From a phage, in the NCBI GenBank assembly GCA_021537435.1, contig GCA_021537435.1_3050.1: DNA of 64,000 nt. The stretch is one strand, 5' to 3'. A program made the position numbers and the translations under genes. The notes below the pieces were generated by a model. It did no database searches. It was not told the DNA's origin and saw nothing but the letters and a program-made list of their open reading frames with translations. Positions 23,787 to 34,334 of the stretch are shown here, in pieces; position 1 is the stretch's first letter; every line of letters starts with the position of its first letter.

Positions 23787-24881
23787 ATGGCAATTGTTAA
23801 AGAAATAACTGCTGATTTAATTAAAAAGTCTGGTGAGAAAATTTCAGCCGGACAGAGTACTAAATCAGAAGTAGGAACTAAAACATACACTGCCCAGTTT
23901 CCAACTGGGCGTGCTAGTGGTAATGACACTACAGGGGACTTCCAGGTAACAGATCTATATAAGAATGGATTATTATTTACTGCATACAATATGTCATCTA
24001 GGGATTCTGGAAGTCTTAGATCGATGAGATCTAACTACTCTTCTTCATCTTCGAGTATTTTAAGTACAGCTAGAAACACTATTAGTAGTACAGTATCAAA
24101 ACTATCAAATGGATTAATATCAAACAATAATTCAGGAACAATAAGTAAAGCTCCTGTCGCAAACATTCTTTTACCAAGATCTAAATCTGATGTTGATACA
24201 TCATCACATAGATTTAATGATGTTCAAGAAAGTCTTATCAGCAGAGGAGGAGGTACTGCTACTGGTGTGCTAAGTAATATTGCTTCAACCGCAGTATTTG
24301 GGGCACTGGAAAGTATAACACAAGGTATAATGGCTGATAATAATGAACAGATTTATACGACAGCCAGAAGTATGTATGGTGGTGCTGAAAATAGAACTAA
24401 AGTGTTTACATGGGATTTGACTCCACGTTCAACAGAAGATTTAATGGCTATTATTAATATCTATCAGTATTTTAACTATTTTTCTTATGGTGAAACAGGT
24501 AAATCTCAATATGCTGCTGAAATAAAGGGGTATTTAGATGATTGGTATCGTTCTACGTTAATTGAACCTTTATCTCCGGAAGACGCAGCTAAAAATAAAA
24601 CACTATTTGAGAAAATGACAGCAAGTTTAACGAACGTTCTTGTAGTTTCAAACCCGACAATTTGGATGGTGAAAAACTTTGGTGCAACATCTAAGTTTGA
24701 TGGAAAAACGGAAATATTTGGTCCATGCCAAATACAGAGCATTAGATTTGATAAAACACCTAATGGTAACTTTAACGGATTAGCTATTGCTCCAAACCTC
24801 CCTAGTACATTTACTCTCGAGATTACTATGAGAGAAATTATCACGTTAAACCGTGCTTCTTTATATGCGGGGACTTTTTAA
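23787..24881 (+). CDS. 48: baseplate-tail tube junction protein gp48
   Basis: 364 aa, position and size. Confidence 0.88.
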   Translation: MAIVKEITADLIKKSGEKISAGQSTKSEVGTKTYTAQFPTGRASGNDTTGDFQVTDLYKNGLLFTAYNMSSRDSGSLRSMRSNYSSSSSSILSTARNTISSTVSKLSNGLISNNNSGTISKAPVANILLPRSKSDVDTSSHRFNDVQESLISRGGGTATGVLSNIASTAVFGALESITQGIMADNNEQIYTTARSMYGGAENRTKVFTWDLTPRSTEDLMAIINIYQYFNYFSYGETGKSQYAAEIKGYLDDWYRSTLIEPLSPEDAAKNKTLFEKMTASLTNVLVVSNPTIWMVKNFGATSKFDGKTEIFGPCQIQSIRFDKTPNGNFNGLAIAPNLPSTFTLEITMREIITLNRASLYAGTF

Positions 24882-25846
24882 TGTATTCTTTAGAGGAATT
24901 TAATAATCAAGCAATAAACGCAGATTTCCAACGTAATAATATGTTTAGCTGCGTTTTTGCAACAACTCCATCAACTAAAAGCTCTTCGTTGATAAGTTCA
25001 ATTAGCAACTTTTCTTATAATAACTTGGGCCTAAATTCAGATTGGTTAGGATTAACTCAAGGTGATATTAATCAGGGAATTACTACGCTAATTACAGCTG
25101 GCACACAAAAACTGATAAGAAAATCAGGGGTTAGTAAATATCTTATTGGTGCCATGAGTCAACGTACAGTTCAAAGTTTATTAGGCTCATTTACAGTTGG
25201 TACATATTTAATTGACTTCTTTAACATGGCATATAACTCATCTGGATTGATGATATACTCTGTAAAAATGCCAGAGAATAGATTATCCTATGAAACTGAC
25301 TGGAACTATAATTCTCCTAATATTCGTATAACTGGGAGAGAATTAGACCCTTTGGTTATTTCATTTAGAATGGATTCAGAAGCTTGTAACTATCGTGCAA
25401 TGCAAGACTGGGTTAACTCCGTTCAAGACCCAGTAACTGGATTACGCGCTTTGCCACAGGATGTCGAGGCAGATATTCAGGTTAATCTTCATTCTCGTAA
25501 TGGATTGCCTCATACTGCGGTGATGTTCACCGGATGCATTCCAGTGTCAGTGAGCGCTCCTGAGTTATCATATGATGGAGATAACCAAATAACTACATTT
25601 GATGTTACTTTTGCGTACAGAGTGATGCAGGCTGGAGCAGTTGATAGGCAAGCTGCGCTTGAATGGCTTGAATCTGCTGCTATAAATGGTATTCAAAGCG
25701 TTCTCGGAAATAGTGGAGGTGTTACTGGACTATCTAATTCGCTTTCACGACTCAGTAGATTAGGGGGAACTGCAGGAAGCATTTCAAACATTAATACTAT
25801 GACAGGAATTGTTAATTCGCAGAGTAAAATATTAGGAGCAATATAA
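24881..25846 (+). CDS. 54: baseplate-tail tube initiator gp54
   Basis: 321 aa, ATGA-overlapped with 48; terminator follows. Confidence 0.88.
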   Translation: MYSLEEFNNQAINADFQRNNMFSCVFATTPSTKSSSLISSISNFSYNNLGLNSDWLGLTQGDINQGITTLITAGTQKLIRKSGVSKYLIGAMSQRTVQSLLGSFTVGTYLIDFFNMAYNSSGLMIYSVKMPENRLSYETDWNYNSPNIRITGRELDPLVISFRMDSEACNYRAMQDWVNSVQDPVTGLRALPQDVEADIQVNLHSRNGLPHTAVMFTGCIPVSVSAPELSYDGDNQITTFDVTFAYRVMQAGAVDRQAALEWLESAAINGIQSVLGNSGGVTGLSNSLSRLSRLGGTAGSISNINTMTGIVNSQSKILGAI

Positions 25847-25850
25847 CAAT

Positions 25851-25868
25851 GGGGACCTTTCGGTCCCC
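25851..25868. terminator. bidirectional terminator after gene 54
   Basis: GGGGACC-tttc-GGTCCCC followed by ATATTTTTATTT. Confidence 0.8.
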
Positions 25869-25874
25869 ATATTT

Positions 25875-26165
25875 TTATTTACGGAATGAAATGAAAGCAG
25901 AAACTGAAGCAACTAAACTGTCTTCAATATAAACTTCAATTTTTACCGGAGCTTCTGACTCGAATTTACCTGTTACTACACCTTGGAAAATACTTTCAGT
26001 TTGTTCTGGCTTTGAAAAATTTTCAGAAGGAAAAATTCCGAACTTTTTATCTGTTCCAAAAATTTTGATAAATTCATCATAAACTGCTTCATTAAAAGCA
26101 TTATCAGCAGGAATAACGCCTTCAACTACAAGTTCTTGACCTAAAAAGCGCAAAGAAGATTTCAT
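25875..26165 (-). CDS. hypothetical protein (alt-proximal small ORF)
   Basis: 96-aa ORF between gene 54 and the Alt-like genes. Confidence 0.55.
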   Translation of the reverse strand: MKSSLRFLGQELVVEGVIPADNAFNEAVYDEFIKIFGTDKKFGIFPSENFSKPEQTESIFQGVVTGKFESEAPVKIEVYIEDSLVASVSAFISFRK

Positions 26166-26225
26166 TTTGTGTTCCTCATGTTATGTCAGTAAGATTACTA
26201 TAACACAACACGAGGGACTTGTAAA

Positions 26226-28283
26226 CTACATTTTGAACTTTTTAGACATTCCGTTGATGTTAACCAAAGAAGCTAAGATTTGAGAAACTTCGTTTTCCTC
26301 TTCTTTTGATTCTTCTACAAGGAATTGATTAAATCCAGCCATTGGACGAACTTCACCAGTTTCCATCAAATGATCGCCATCATATACTGATTCTTCTAAT
26401 TGCTCAGAAGGAGGAACGATTGTACCTTCGATTAGATACTTGTTATAAGCAGTTTCTTTCATAAAGTACGTACTTACTTTATTAATCTTCAGTAAAATTC
26501 CACGCGGTAGAATAACTTCAGCTTCTGATGGAAATCCTGATAAATGACCTGGAACGATAACTTTGATTCGCTCAGCTCCTTTAATTACCATACCCACGCT
26601 AGTTTCAGCATCTTCATTGGCATATGTAGAATGACTACCCATATGCATTAAATCTTCTGCATCAACGGAACCTTCTCCTTCGCCAGAAAATACTGCGCCG
26701 GAATCATCTAGAGCCATATAGTTTTTACCATGCTCACCGAAGATATTTGGTTTAAGTGATGTCGATACGAAGTTCTTGAAATAGAACATTTTGTTTTCAA
26801 TGTTATGACGCAAAGTTTTAAAGGTAACTTCTTGTCCACGGTAAAGTGTAGTTCCTGGAGGAAGAACTGATCCTTTGGCAAAGGCAGAATCTAACGTCTC
26901 GATGTGCTTAATAGCTCTTTCCATGTATTCTTCACGGGTAGAATCTGGTTTACCCAAAAGGAACGAGTTCATTTCAACATATGAATCTGCACAATAATCT
27001 TCAATTACATCAGATTCAGCCTGAGTCAGTCCTTTTGGAGTTACTTCGGTGCTTGCGTATTCATATGCCTGAGCAGCAGATTCATTAATCAATTTATAAA
27101 TGCCATTCATTACAAATTGAATAATAGCTGTCTTTTCATCTGATGTAGCTTTAGAACCTTTAACTAAATCATTGATAATTTTCTTAATAACATCAAAGCT
27201 ATTAGAAATATTAATGTCAGCAAGATCGCTTAAAATTTTATCAGTTTTATAATCAAAGAATTCTTTATTCTTTAAATATTCTTGAGAACCTTGATATGTT
27301 ATATCGCTCTGCAGCTTGATAGATGGATCGCGTAAACGTGCATGGGCTAATGCAATATGATTTCGGAAACTTTCTAGTTCATAATCATTAGATTTAAAAC
27401 GAGAAGCACTTCTCATACCACCGATAGCTCCTTTGCTGAAGTTTGAACCAATCTGGATAACGCCAGAGTTCATTGGTCCTTCTGCTTTATATACCGGAAC
27501 TTTAGATTCAAACTCTTGATATTTCTTGGCAGCGAAGCTATCACCCTGAAGTGAAGCATCAACAGTAGAATATTGAGCTTGTGCTGCTAATCGACGACTA
27601 ATTTTAGTTTTCTGAATAACAGCTTGATCAGTGCGCTTATCATTTTCCAAAGCAATAGAAGCAGCAACTGCGACAGCTTTAGGAACAGCATTACCTGTTT
27701 TAACGTCTACATAAACATCACCAACCTTTGATTCAACTTTTGTGAATAACTCAGTTGAAATAGGAGGTACACCTGGAATGTCTTCTAAATTGGCATTTTT
27801 ACGGTAAACCATAATATATGCATATTTCTTATCATAGTCCCAGATTTCCTTTAAAAGAACATATCGACCTGCTCCTTTAGTACGTACTAAACGGTCAGCA
27901 ATAACTTGCATTTGACGAGCAGCGCCATTTGTTTTACTTTTTAGTACGCGGAATAGGCATGCATCAATTTTATACTGTTTCATTGTTTGAAGAGCAGTAT
28001 CAAAAACCGCATTAATGACACCAATTGGATTTCCACCCAAGTTTTTAAGCTTAACTAACGATAATTTCTCATTAACACCTATCATTACGATATGCATCAT
28101 TTTGTCGCCTGGCTTAACGTTTTTATTCGTATCACCGCCAGAGGTGTATGTACAAAATCGAAATCCAGGAAGAACGCTTTCTTCACCGGCTTGAATAGCA
28201 AAAATTTGAGGTATTTTATGCTTAGGATTTAAGTTAACAACCGGCGCCGAAGCGCCGTCAAATAATTCTGTAATAAGTTCCAT
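26226..28283 (-). CDS. alt: Alt-like ADP-ribosyltransferase, paralog A (685 aa)
   Basis: N-terminus MELITELFD (capsid-targeting, gp21 site LITE); C-terminal ART signatures YxxxxYxEMN, YRGQ, FVSTSL, SEAEVILPRG. Confidence 0.85.
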   Translation of the reverse strand: MELITELFDGASAPVVNLNPKHKIPQIFAIQAGEESVLPGFRFCTYTSGGDTNKNVKPGDKMMHIVMIGVNEKLSLVKLKNLGGNPIGVINAVFDTALQTMKQYKIDACLFRVLKSKTNGAARQMQVIADRLVRTKGAGRYVLLKEIWDYDKKYAYIMVYRKNANLEDIPGVPPISTELFTKVESKVGDVYVDVKTGNAVPKAVAVAASIALENDKRTDQAVIQKTKISRRLAAQAQYSTVDASLQGDSFAAKKYQEFESKVPVYKAEGPMNSGVIQIGSNFSKGAIGGMRSASRFKSNDYELESFRNHIALAHARLRDPSIKLQSDITYQGSQEYLKNKEFFDYKTDKILSDLADINISNSFDVIKKIINDLVKGSKATSDEKTAIIQFVMNGIYKLINESAAQAYEYASTEVTPKGLTQAESDVIEDYCADSYVEMNSFLLGKPDSTREEYMERAIKHIETLDSAFAKGSVLPPGTTLYRGQEVTFKTLRHNIENKMFYFKNFVSTSLKPNIFGEHGKNYMALDDSGAVFSGEGEGSVDAEDLMHMGSHSTYANEDAETSVGMVIKGAERIKVIVPGHLSGFPSEAEVILPRGILLKINKVSTYFMKETAYNKYLIEGTIVPPSEQLEESVYDGDHLMETGEVRPMAGFNQFLVEESKEEENEVSQILASLVNINGMSKKFKM

Positions 28284-28286
28284 GAT

Positions 28287-30383
28287 TTATCCTTGAACGA
28301 ACTTGTAAGGCATGTTTGTAATATCTATGCAAGACGCAATAATTCCAAGAGATGATTCTACTTTCTGTTTAACATTTGATGAAACAAATGATGCAAAGTC
28401 AACTCTGTCTTCTATTTCAATATCACCTGTCATTGCAACCAATTCACCAGTTTCCATTAAATGGTCTCCGTCATAGATTACCGATTCGGTGAGCTCTTCC
28501 GTGGTCATAACTTCAGCTTGAATGAGTTTTGTATTATTAGATGTTGTTCCGTCATTATTAGAAGCATCAGTTATTTTATTAACTTTGACCATCAATCCAC
28601 GCGGTAGAATAACTTCAGCTTCTGTTGCTATTCCGAGACTTCCTGGATATACAACATTAACTTTATGAGCTCCATCAATTGCCCATCCTATTTGAACTTT
28701 AACGTATTCAGGATTTTCTTTATACGCTCTTATTTCGTTTGGATTAATAGTTATTCCTTCTTCATTTTTATCAACTGTTAATTCATTGCGAGCTTCTGGT
28801 TCTAAAAGACCAATACCAGCATGTGTGATTCCAAAACGTCCAAAAATGATAGGAGTTAAAGAAGTAGATACAAAATTTCTGAAGTAGAACACTTTATTTT
28901 TAACTAACGCTTCATATATAGGAGCAGTCATACTTTGAGCACGATAAACTGTAATGCCTTCTGGTATACGGTCACCATTTTCAAAAGCTGAATCTAAGTT
29001 ATTTATAGCAGATTCAATTTCTTTTTCACTCATTACATCATATCGTTCTGGATTGTAACGACCTAAAAGAAGATTATTGATGTCAGTATATCCTGAACCG
29101 CAATATTCTCTAATGCCACGCTTTTGTGATGGAGTATATTTAGAACCATCGCGGGCAATAGTAATATCAATCATTGGACCAGCACCAATTCCAGAAAAAC
29201 TGTAAATCATTCGTTTGAGGAATTTAGTTTTTGCTGCGTTCCAGGAATTTTTAGTTATTTCTTCCCAGACTTCATCTGGTTGTCCTTTACGATTTTTATT
29301 ATGATTAGCAAGCCATTTATCTTTATAATCTTCAAAGAATTGATTTACAGCTGCTGCGTATTTCTCTAAACATTTTATTGAAGTAGTTGGTTCATTTTTA
29401 ATTGCATTAAAAATTACTTCTTTAATTTTTTCTGAAACTTCACCGACTTGACTCATTGGAAAGAATTTATAATCATAGTGAAGTTCATCTGCCGTTCCTT
29501 CAGCAATAATTTTTGCTGCCTTTGTTTTAGAAGCTAATGAATTAATTCCAATTTTCATTTCTTCTGCTTCGGGAATTAAAGGTGCAGTAGCTGGTTTATT
29601 AAAATTAGCTGCTGTAGATTCATACTTCTGGAATAATTCACTTTCAAATCTAGAAGATTCCAATGACTGACTTTGTGCAATTGCTCTACGGGAAATTTTA
29701 ACTTTAACGATTACGGCTTGGTCAGAACGTTTATCATTTTCTTGTGCAATAGATGCAGCAATTGCCTCATTTTTGGTTACTTGAGCTCCAGTATCTTTAT
29801 TGATATAAACATCACCGACCTTCGATTCAACTTTAGTAAAGAGCTCGGTGCTAATTTCTGGAACTCCTGGAATGTCTTCTAGTGATACATTTTTACGATG
29901 TATAAGAATATATGCATACTTTTTATCGTAATCCCAGAGTTCCTTAAGAAGGACGTATCTGCCACCTGAACGACTGCGGATGAGTCTATCAGCAATAAGT
30001 TGAATTTGTCGAGCTTGACCGGCGGTTTTAGACTTAAGAATACGAAGCATGCAGGCATCAATTTTATATTGACGCATTGTTTGCATTGCAACAGTAAAAA
30101 CTGAATTGATATAATTAATTGGGCTTGGACCAAGACCTTTTAATTTAGCAATTGAACCTTTAGCAGTTAATGTAAAAGGAACAATATGCATCATTTTGTC
30201 GCCCATTTTTAAATCGCGATTAGTATCACCTCCAGATGTATAGGTACATAAACGAAAGCCTGGTTGTTCAATTGCATCATCAACATGAACTGAAAAAATT
30301 TGTGGTATTTTCTTCTTTGGATTTAAGTTTGTAATCGGAAGAGTAGTATCTTCGTCAAATAATTCTGTAATGAGTTCCATCAT
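28287..30383 (-). CDS. Alt-like ADP-ribosyltransferase, paralog B (698 aa)
   Basis: N-terminus MMELITELFD; ART signatures YxxxGYTDINN, YRAQ, FVSTSL, TEAEVILPRG; first ~230 aa and last ~80 aa strongly similar to paralog A, middle divergent. Confidence 0.85.
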   Translation of the reverse strand: MMELITELFDEDTTLPITNLNPKKKIPQIFSVHVDDAIEQPGFRLCTYTSGGDTNRDLKMGDKMMHIVPFTLTAKGSIAKLKGLGPSPINYINSVFTVAMQTMRQYKIDACMLRILKSKTAGQARQIQLIADRLIRSRSGGRYVLLKELWDYDKKYAYILIHRKNVSLEDIPGVPEISTELFTKVESKVGDVYINKDTGAQVTKNEAIAASIAQENDKRSDQAVIVKVKISRRAIAQSQSLESSRFESELFQKYESTAANFNKPATAPLIPEAEEMKIGINSLASKTKAAKIIAEGTADELHYDYKFFPMSQVGEVSEKIKEVIFNAIKNEPTTSIKCLEKYAAAVNQFFEDYKDKWLANHNKNRKGQPDEVWEEITKNSWNAAKTKFLKRMIYSFSGIGAGPMIDITIARDGSKYTPSQKRGIREYCGSGYTDINNLLLGRYNPERYDVMSEKEIESAINNLDSAFENGDRIPEGITVYRAQSMTAPIYEALVKNKVFYFRNFVSTSLTPIIFGRFGITHAGIGLLEPEARNELTVDKNEEGITINPNEIRAYKENPEYVKVQIGWAIDGAHKVNVVYPGSLGIATEAEVILPRGLMVKVNKITDASNNDGTTSNNTKLIQAEVMTTEELTESVIYDGDHLMETGELVAMTGDIEIEDRVDFASFVSSNVKQKVESSLGIIASCIDITNMPYKFVQG

Positions 30384-30416
30384 ATCCTCTCTAGTGTTTA
30401 TTCTATTTATAAAATT

Positions 30417-30434
30417 AAAGGCCCGAAGGCCTTT
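30417..30434 (-). terminator. hairpin between the ligase-proximal small ORF and Alt paralog B
   Basis: AAAGGCC-cgaa-GGCCTTT. Confidence 0.55.
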
Positions 30435-30621
30435 AATAATCTATTGGTAATAGAGTACGATATATTTCAAACTTTGGACCTTTTTCATAAGCATCAAAAG
30501 TTTCTGTGAATTTATTATAAGCATATGCATCTATAAATTCAATCATGATTTGCGATACAGAAGTAGAAACATCTCCACCTTCTTTTTGAGCCACGACAAT
30601 TGTTTCTAAGTAAGCTTTCAT
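30433..30621 (-). CDS. hypothetical small protein
   Basis: 62-aa ORF; start overlaps the ligase stop by 4 nt. Confidence 0.5.
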   Translation of the reverse strand: MKAYLETIVVAQKEGGDVSTSVSQIMIEFIDAYAYNKFTETFDAYEKGPKFEIYRTLLPIDY

Positions 30622-32081
30622 AAACCAGTTACCTCATGAAAATCGCCAAATACATCTTCGAACGTATTAGCTTTAGTTTTATCTTCACGTAAACGAATCG
30701 CAATTGGAAGAAATAATTTAACGTAATCGGTGCGGCCATCAGATTTTAACCAACCGTTGCATTCGCACTCTAGAATTTTTCCAATATAATAATTTTGGTT
30801 TTCCATAATGCGAGTACGGTCAAGTTCATGCGATTTTACACCAGCTTTATCTTTTAAGCCTGAACCAGCATTTACTTTAATTTTTCCACACTCTGACTCA
30901 AGAATAAATCCACCCGCTTTAGTAGGGTCTTTACGGTGAGGATAAATTCCTACAATTTTTAAATCAACATCAATTACTTCTTTAAATTTATAAAGATTTT
31001 TTGAACGAGCATTTTCCCATAATCCATCGATATTTTTGAGAATAATACCCTCAAGACCTTGATCAATATACTTTTTGTAAATTACCTTAGCTTCATCTAG
31101 GTTATTTACTACTTGGTTTTCAATTAAAATTACTTTATCATAGCCTGATGTCATTTGTTCTAGTTTAGAAAAACGTACATCATATTTTAAACGAAACGCT
31201 GGAAGACCATATATTTCTACTAATGGAACATAGTCCCAGACCTGAAACTTCATGCATTGTGCTTCTTTTTCAGAAATGGTTCCCTTTAAAGATTTATTGG
31301 CGATGCCATTAGATGCAGTACGTGATTCAGCTACTTCGGCGAATTCTTTAGCTTTACTAATTTCAGGATAAGCATCAAAAAGAAAATCTAGGCCTTCTGG
31401 CTCCTTTTCAACTTGCTCATGGTATACCAATTCGCCATCAATTAACACACCTTCTGGATGAATCTGGCGAGCTTCTGCAGTCATTTTGATTAACTCTTCC
31501 TTGAGAAGATCTAATCCTAGATATTCATTACCAGCTCGTGATAAAAGACGAACATCATCTAATTCATCACCTCTGACTTCAGCAAAGCACCGAGCTCCAT
31601 CAGCTTTTAATTGGGCAAAGGCTGGAAATTTGATATTCTTATTAATGCCTTTTTCATCATAAGAACTTGCCAGCATTTGAGGTTGTTCAGGAATTAAACC
31701 TGGCCAAACTTTGTTTGCAATAGATACTGATGCACCACATTCAAGGTCTCGCATCATCACACGACGCAAAACTTCAACGTCATCTTTTTTACCGTCAGCA
31801 ATATATCCAGTTAATTCCTCAATTGCCGCATTTCCGGTCAATTTCCGAGTAGCTAACGTGAATTCAATGAAGTCAAGCATATCGGTAAGAGTCAACATTC
31901 CAAAACTCTGGGTAGCAATACCAGGTTTAGGCCATTTCTTGATATAATACTGTAACCCACGAGAATAAGTCAGACGATATACTCGTTTAAGCAATTCATT
32001 ATCTTTATTCTTTTCAAGAATTGCTTGCTTCTGCTTAGTTGAACCAATAGATGCTATTTCGTTCAGAATTTTAAGAATCAT
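30618..32081 (-). CDS. 30: ATP-dependent DNA ligase gp30
   Basis: 487 aa; adenylation motif KADGARC. Confidence 0.93.
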   Translation of the reverse strand: MILKILNEIASIGSTKQKQAILEKNKDNELLKRVYRLTYSRGLQYYIKKWPKPGIATQSFGMLTLTDMLDFIEFTLATRKLTGNAAIEELTGYIADGKKDDVEVLRRVMMRDLECGASVSIANKVWPGLIPEQPQMLASSYDEKGINKNIKFPAFAQLKADGARCFAEVRGDELDDVRLLSRAGNEYLGLDLLKEELIKMTAEARQIHPEGVLIDGELVYHEQVEKEPEGLDFLFDAYPEISKAKEFAEVAESRTASNGIANKSLKGTISEKEAQCMKFQVWDYVPLVEIYGLPAFRLKYDVRFSKLEQMTSGYDKVILIENQVVNNLDEAKVIYKKYIDQGLEGIILKNIDGLWENARSKNLYKFKEVIDVDLKIVGIYPHRKDPTKAGGFILESECGKIKVNAGSGLKDKAGVKSHELDRTRIMENQNYYIGKILECECNGWLKSDGRTDYVKLFLPIAIRLREDKTKANTFEDVFGDFHEVTGL

Positions 32082-32347
32082 TGTTCATCCTTTAGAGTTT
32101 GGTTTACAGCTCTATTATAAATCAATTCATCATTAAGCTCAGTCAAAGACTTGTGGTACGTGGTTCTAACTTTATTTCCTTGCATCCAGTGCTTGACGTA
32201 AATGAAACCTTGCTCTACACATTTTTTAAAAATTCGTTCGTCTTTTTGAGCTCGAAATTCTGGATTGCATCTAAAAAATTGATTTACGTGACCGTAATCA
32301 CGTGTAGTATTACCTTCATTTTCATAAATAGTGTGAACGACAAACAT
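32078..32347 (-). CDS. hypothetical protein (T4 30.1 position)
   Basis: 89-aa ORF, stop overlaps the ligase start. Confidence 0.6.
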   Translation of the reverse strand: MFVVHTIYENEGNTTRDYGHVNQFFRCNPEFRAQKDERIFKKCVEQGFIYVKHWMQGNKVRTTYHKSLTELNDELIYNRAVNQTLKDEQ

Positions 32348-33183
32348 TAGAATGCTCCTTGGAAAATATTATCACCACTAGTAGGTCTATTATACAAATA
32401 CTCTATGCCACCGGGTTTAATATAGTTCCATGTCTGAAACGGATGCGTCTGATATGGATGATATAGATTATAAGGATTAAATCCAGGAGTTCTCCAGGTA
32501 GTGTTCCAAGGAAAAGAATCGTTTTTAATCATCTTCTCAATTACATCTTTTATAACTTTTTCACTATCAAAACTTTCTTTATTTTCCTTCGATGGAAAAA
32601 GCTTATTCTCTACATCATTCCATGTATAAACTCGCTGCGCAGTTTTTGGAATATTGTCACGCTCTCCTCGAGCCATCCAATAAACAGGAACATTTAATAT
32701 TTCACTCGCGTGATCGCAGTGGTGAGCGAGATCGTCAATATAACAAATTACGTTATATTTCTCTTTTGCCTTTTTGAACAACTCTTCTTTTGAAGAATCA
32801 TGACCACACATCAATACTTCTGAGAAGGCACCAGGAAAAAGAGCATTCAAATTAAATTGACGATTTAGCAGAGCGTCAATAGAATCACCCAATGCTGTAA
32901 CAGCTACAAAATTATAATCTTCTTTTAATTTGTTAATTACACACAGGGCATCTTTATACGGAGACAAGTAACGAATAAAATCTGAACGATTGTATTTTTC
33001 AATTAACTTGACACCAAGTTCTTCATCGCAATTAAAGAGCTTACCAGGAGAAATAAATTTTTCGTCCTGAATCATTTTTAAAATATGTTCCAACGGAAGA
33101 TTATATTTTTGGGCAAAATAAGGAAGACCTGATTGCCAGCTTAAACACACCCCGTCAATATCAGTCAAAATAGTAGGCTTCAT
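32347..33183 (-). CDS. HAD-superfamily hydrolase-like protein (T4 30.2 position)
   Basis: 278 aa; N-terminal LTDIDGV (HAD motif I DxDG[TV]). Confidence 0.7.
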   Translation of the reverse strand: MKPTILTDIDGVCLSWQSGLPYFAQKYNLPLEHILKMIQDEKFISPGKLFNCDEELGVKLIEKYNRSDFIRYLSPYKDALCVINKLKEDYNFVAVTALGDSIDALLNRQFNLNALFPGAFSEVLMCGHDSSKEELFKKAKEKYNVICYIDDLAHHCDHASEILNVPVYWMARGERDNIPKTAQRVYTWNDVENKLFPSKENKESFDSEKVIKDVIEKMIKNDSFPWNTTWRTPGFNPYNLYHPYQTHPFQTWNYIKPGGIEYLYNRPTSGDNIFQGAF

Positions 33184-33644
33184 AGAGAGTCTCTTAATAG
33201 GTTTAACACATCAATAAATTCAGCTTCGGTTAGTATTGTATCATCTTTTGTTAGACCACTAGCCATGCTATGCTTCAAAACTTTTCCTTTCGAGGCTAGT
33301 AATGCATCACGAAAGCCCTTGTTTTGAATCGCTGCTTCAAAATATGCATTTGTGTACAACTCTTTCCACGCAGGTGAGTATCTTGAAAACGGAACTCCAA
33401 GCCAGAAGAGGGTCCCACGGTCCTGAGCTCTAGCATAAGACCTTCCAGCTTGTTGGGCGGCAAGCCCGGATAACCCAAATACACGACGTTGCTGTTCAAC
33501 ATTTTTCACCTTACATCCTTGGAGAAATCCTTCAAGACCTCCAAATTGGATACCATCCATAACAAAAGGCCATTGGGCGAAATTACTTAATGCACACGAT
33601 GGCCATCTAAAATTGCTTCTAATCTCTAACTCAGGCATTTTCAA
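33180..33644 (-). CDS. hypothetical protein (T4 30.3 position)
   Basis: 154-aa ORF, overlapping neighbours by 4 and 14 nt. Confidence 0.6.
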   Translation of the reverse strand: MKMPELEIRSNFRWPSCALSNFAQWPFVMDGIQFGGLEGFLQGCKVKNVEQQRRVFGLSGLAAQQAGRSYARAQDRGTLFWLGVPFSRYSPAWKELYTNAYFEAAIQNKGFRDALLASKGKVLKHSMASGLTKDDTILTEAEFIDVLNLLRDSL

Positions 33645-33837
33645 TACTTATAATTTCAACATCAGCCCAATGACCATAGCAAGGAAGACGAAATTCAACT
33701 GGCCAGTTAGGGTCCTTTTCTAATATAATAGACTCAACTCGTGGTTCTTCATGTTCATCAGTATATGGATTTTTATCTGTTACTTTATATGTGACCTTAA
33801 TGTACTGAATTCCAAAAATCTTATTAATTATATTCAT
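33631..33837 (-). CDS. hypothetical protein
   Basis: 68-aa ORF in the tightly packed early-gene array. Confidence 0.5.
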   Translation of the reverse strand: MNIINKIFGIQYIKVTYKVTDKNPYTDEHEEPRVESIILEKDPNWPVEFRLPCYGHWADVEIISIENA

Positions 33838-34031
33838 ACTAATTCCTTTAATCCGTAAATAGGAGATAATTCATCACCCATGCGAAGGTCTTCATTTCCA
33901 TCTACCCAGGAAACAATATAAGCCTCTTTTATTTGAATACCACTCCATTTAAATGGAGGTAGAACCTTAGAAATTAATCCAGGTATACCAACTCCCTTTA
34001 ATTCAACAGTTTGACCTAAAAAGAATTTCAT
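33834..34031 (-). CDS. hypothetical protein
   Basis: 65-aa ORF, 4-nt overlap with the upstream ORF. Confidence 0.5.
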   Translation of the reverse strand: MKFFLGQTVELKGVGIPGLISKVLPPFKWSGIQIKEAYIVSWVDGNEDLRMGDELSPIYGLKELV

Positions 34032-34318
34032 TAGAACCTCATCTGAAAGCCGTGTGATTTAACATTACCGCCGCCAATATCAGAAATATTAATTTCACGC
34101 GCAATTGAAGGGTCAATGTCAATTTCACGATTAAGTTTAGCGATAGCTAAAGTATCACGCCCATTTACTGTACGGAATTCTAAAGGACAAACCACATCAA
34201 CATAATTTTTAATCGATTCACTGGTAGGTTGCAAATGAGCAGGAAGGTCTTTAGGCGCCTTAGAGAAAACAACTTCACAGAAATTTTTGCGGGTATCAAA
34301 ATAAGTAGTCATAAACAT
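34031..34318 (-). CDS. hypothetical protein (95 aa from SD-preceded ATG; ORF open to 34369)
   Basis: ATG at 34318 follows GAGGAAA; the region 34335-34350 upstream forms a GC hairpin, arguing that it is intergenic. Confidence 0.5.
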   Translation of the reverse strand: MFMTTYFDTRKNFCEVVFSKAPKDLPAHLQPTSESIKNYVDVVCPLEFRTVNGRDTLAIAKLNREIDIDPSIAREINISDIGGGNVKSHGFQMRF

Positions 34319-34334
34319 AGTATTTTCCTCAGTA

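Noticed and set aside
26226-30383. Tandem Alt-like genes as an assembly duplication artefact
   Set aside because: The two copies differ over their central ~350 codons and at many positions elsewhere; a collapsed or duplicated repeat would be near-identical.
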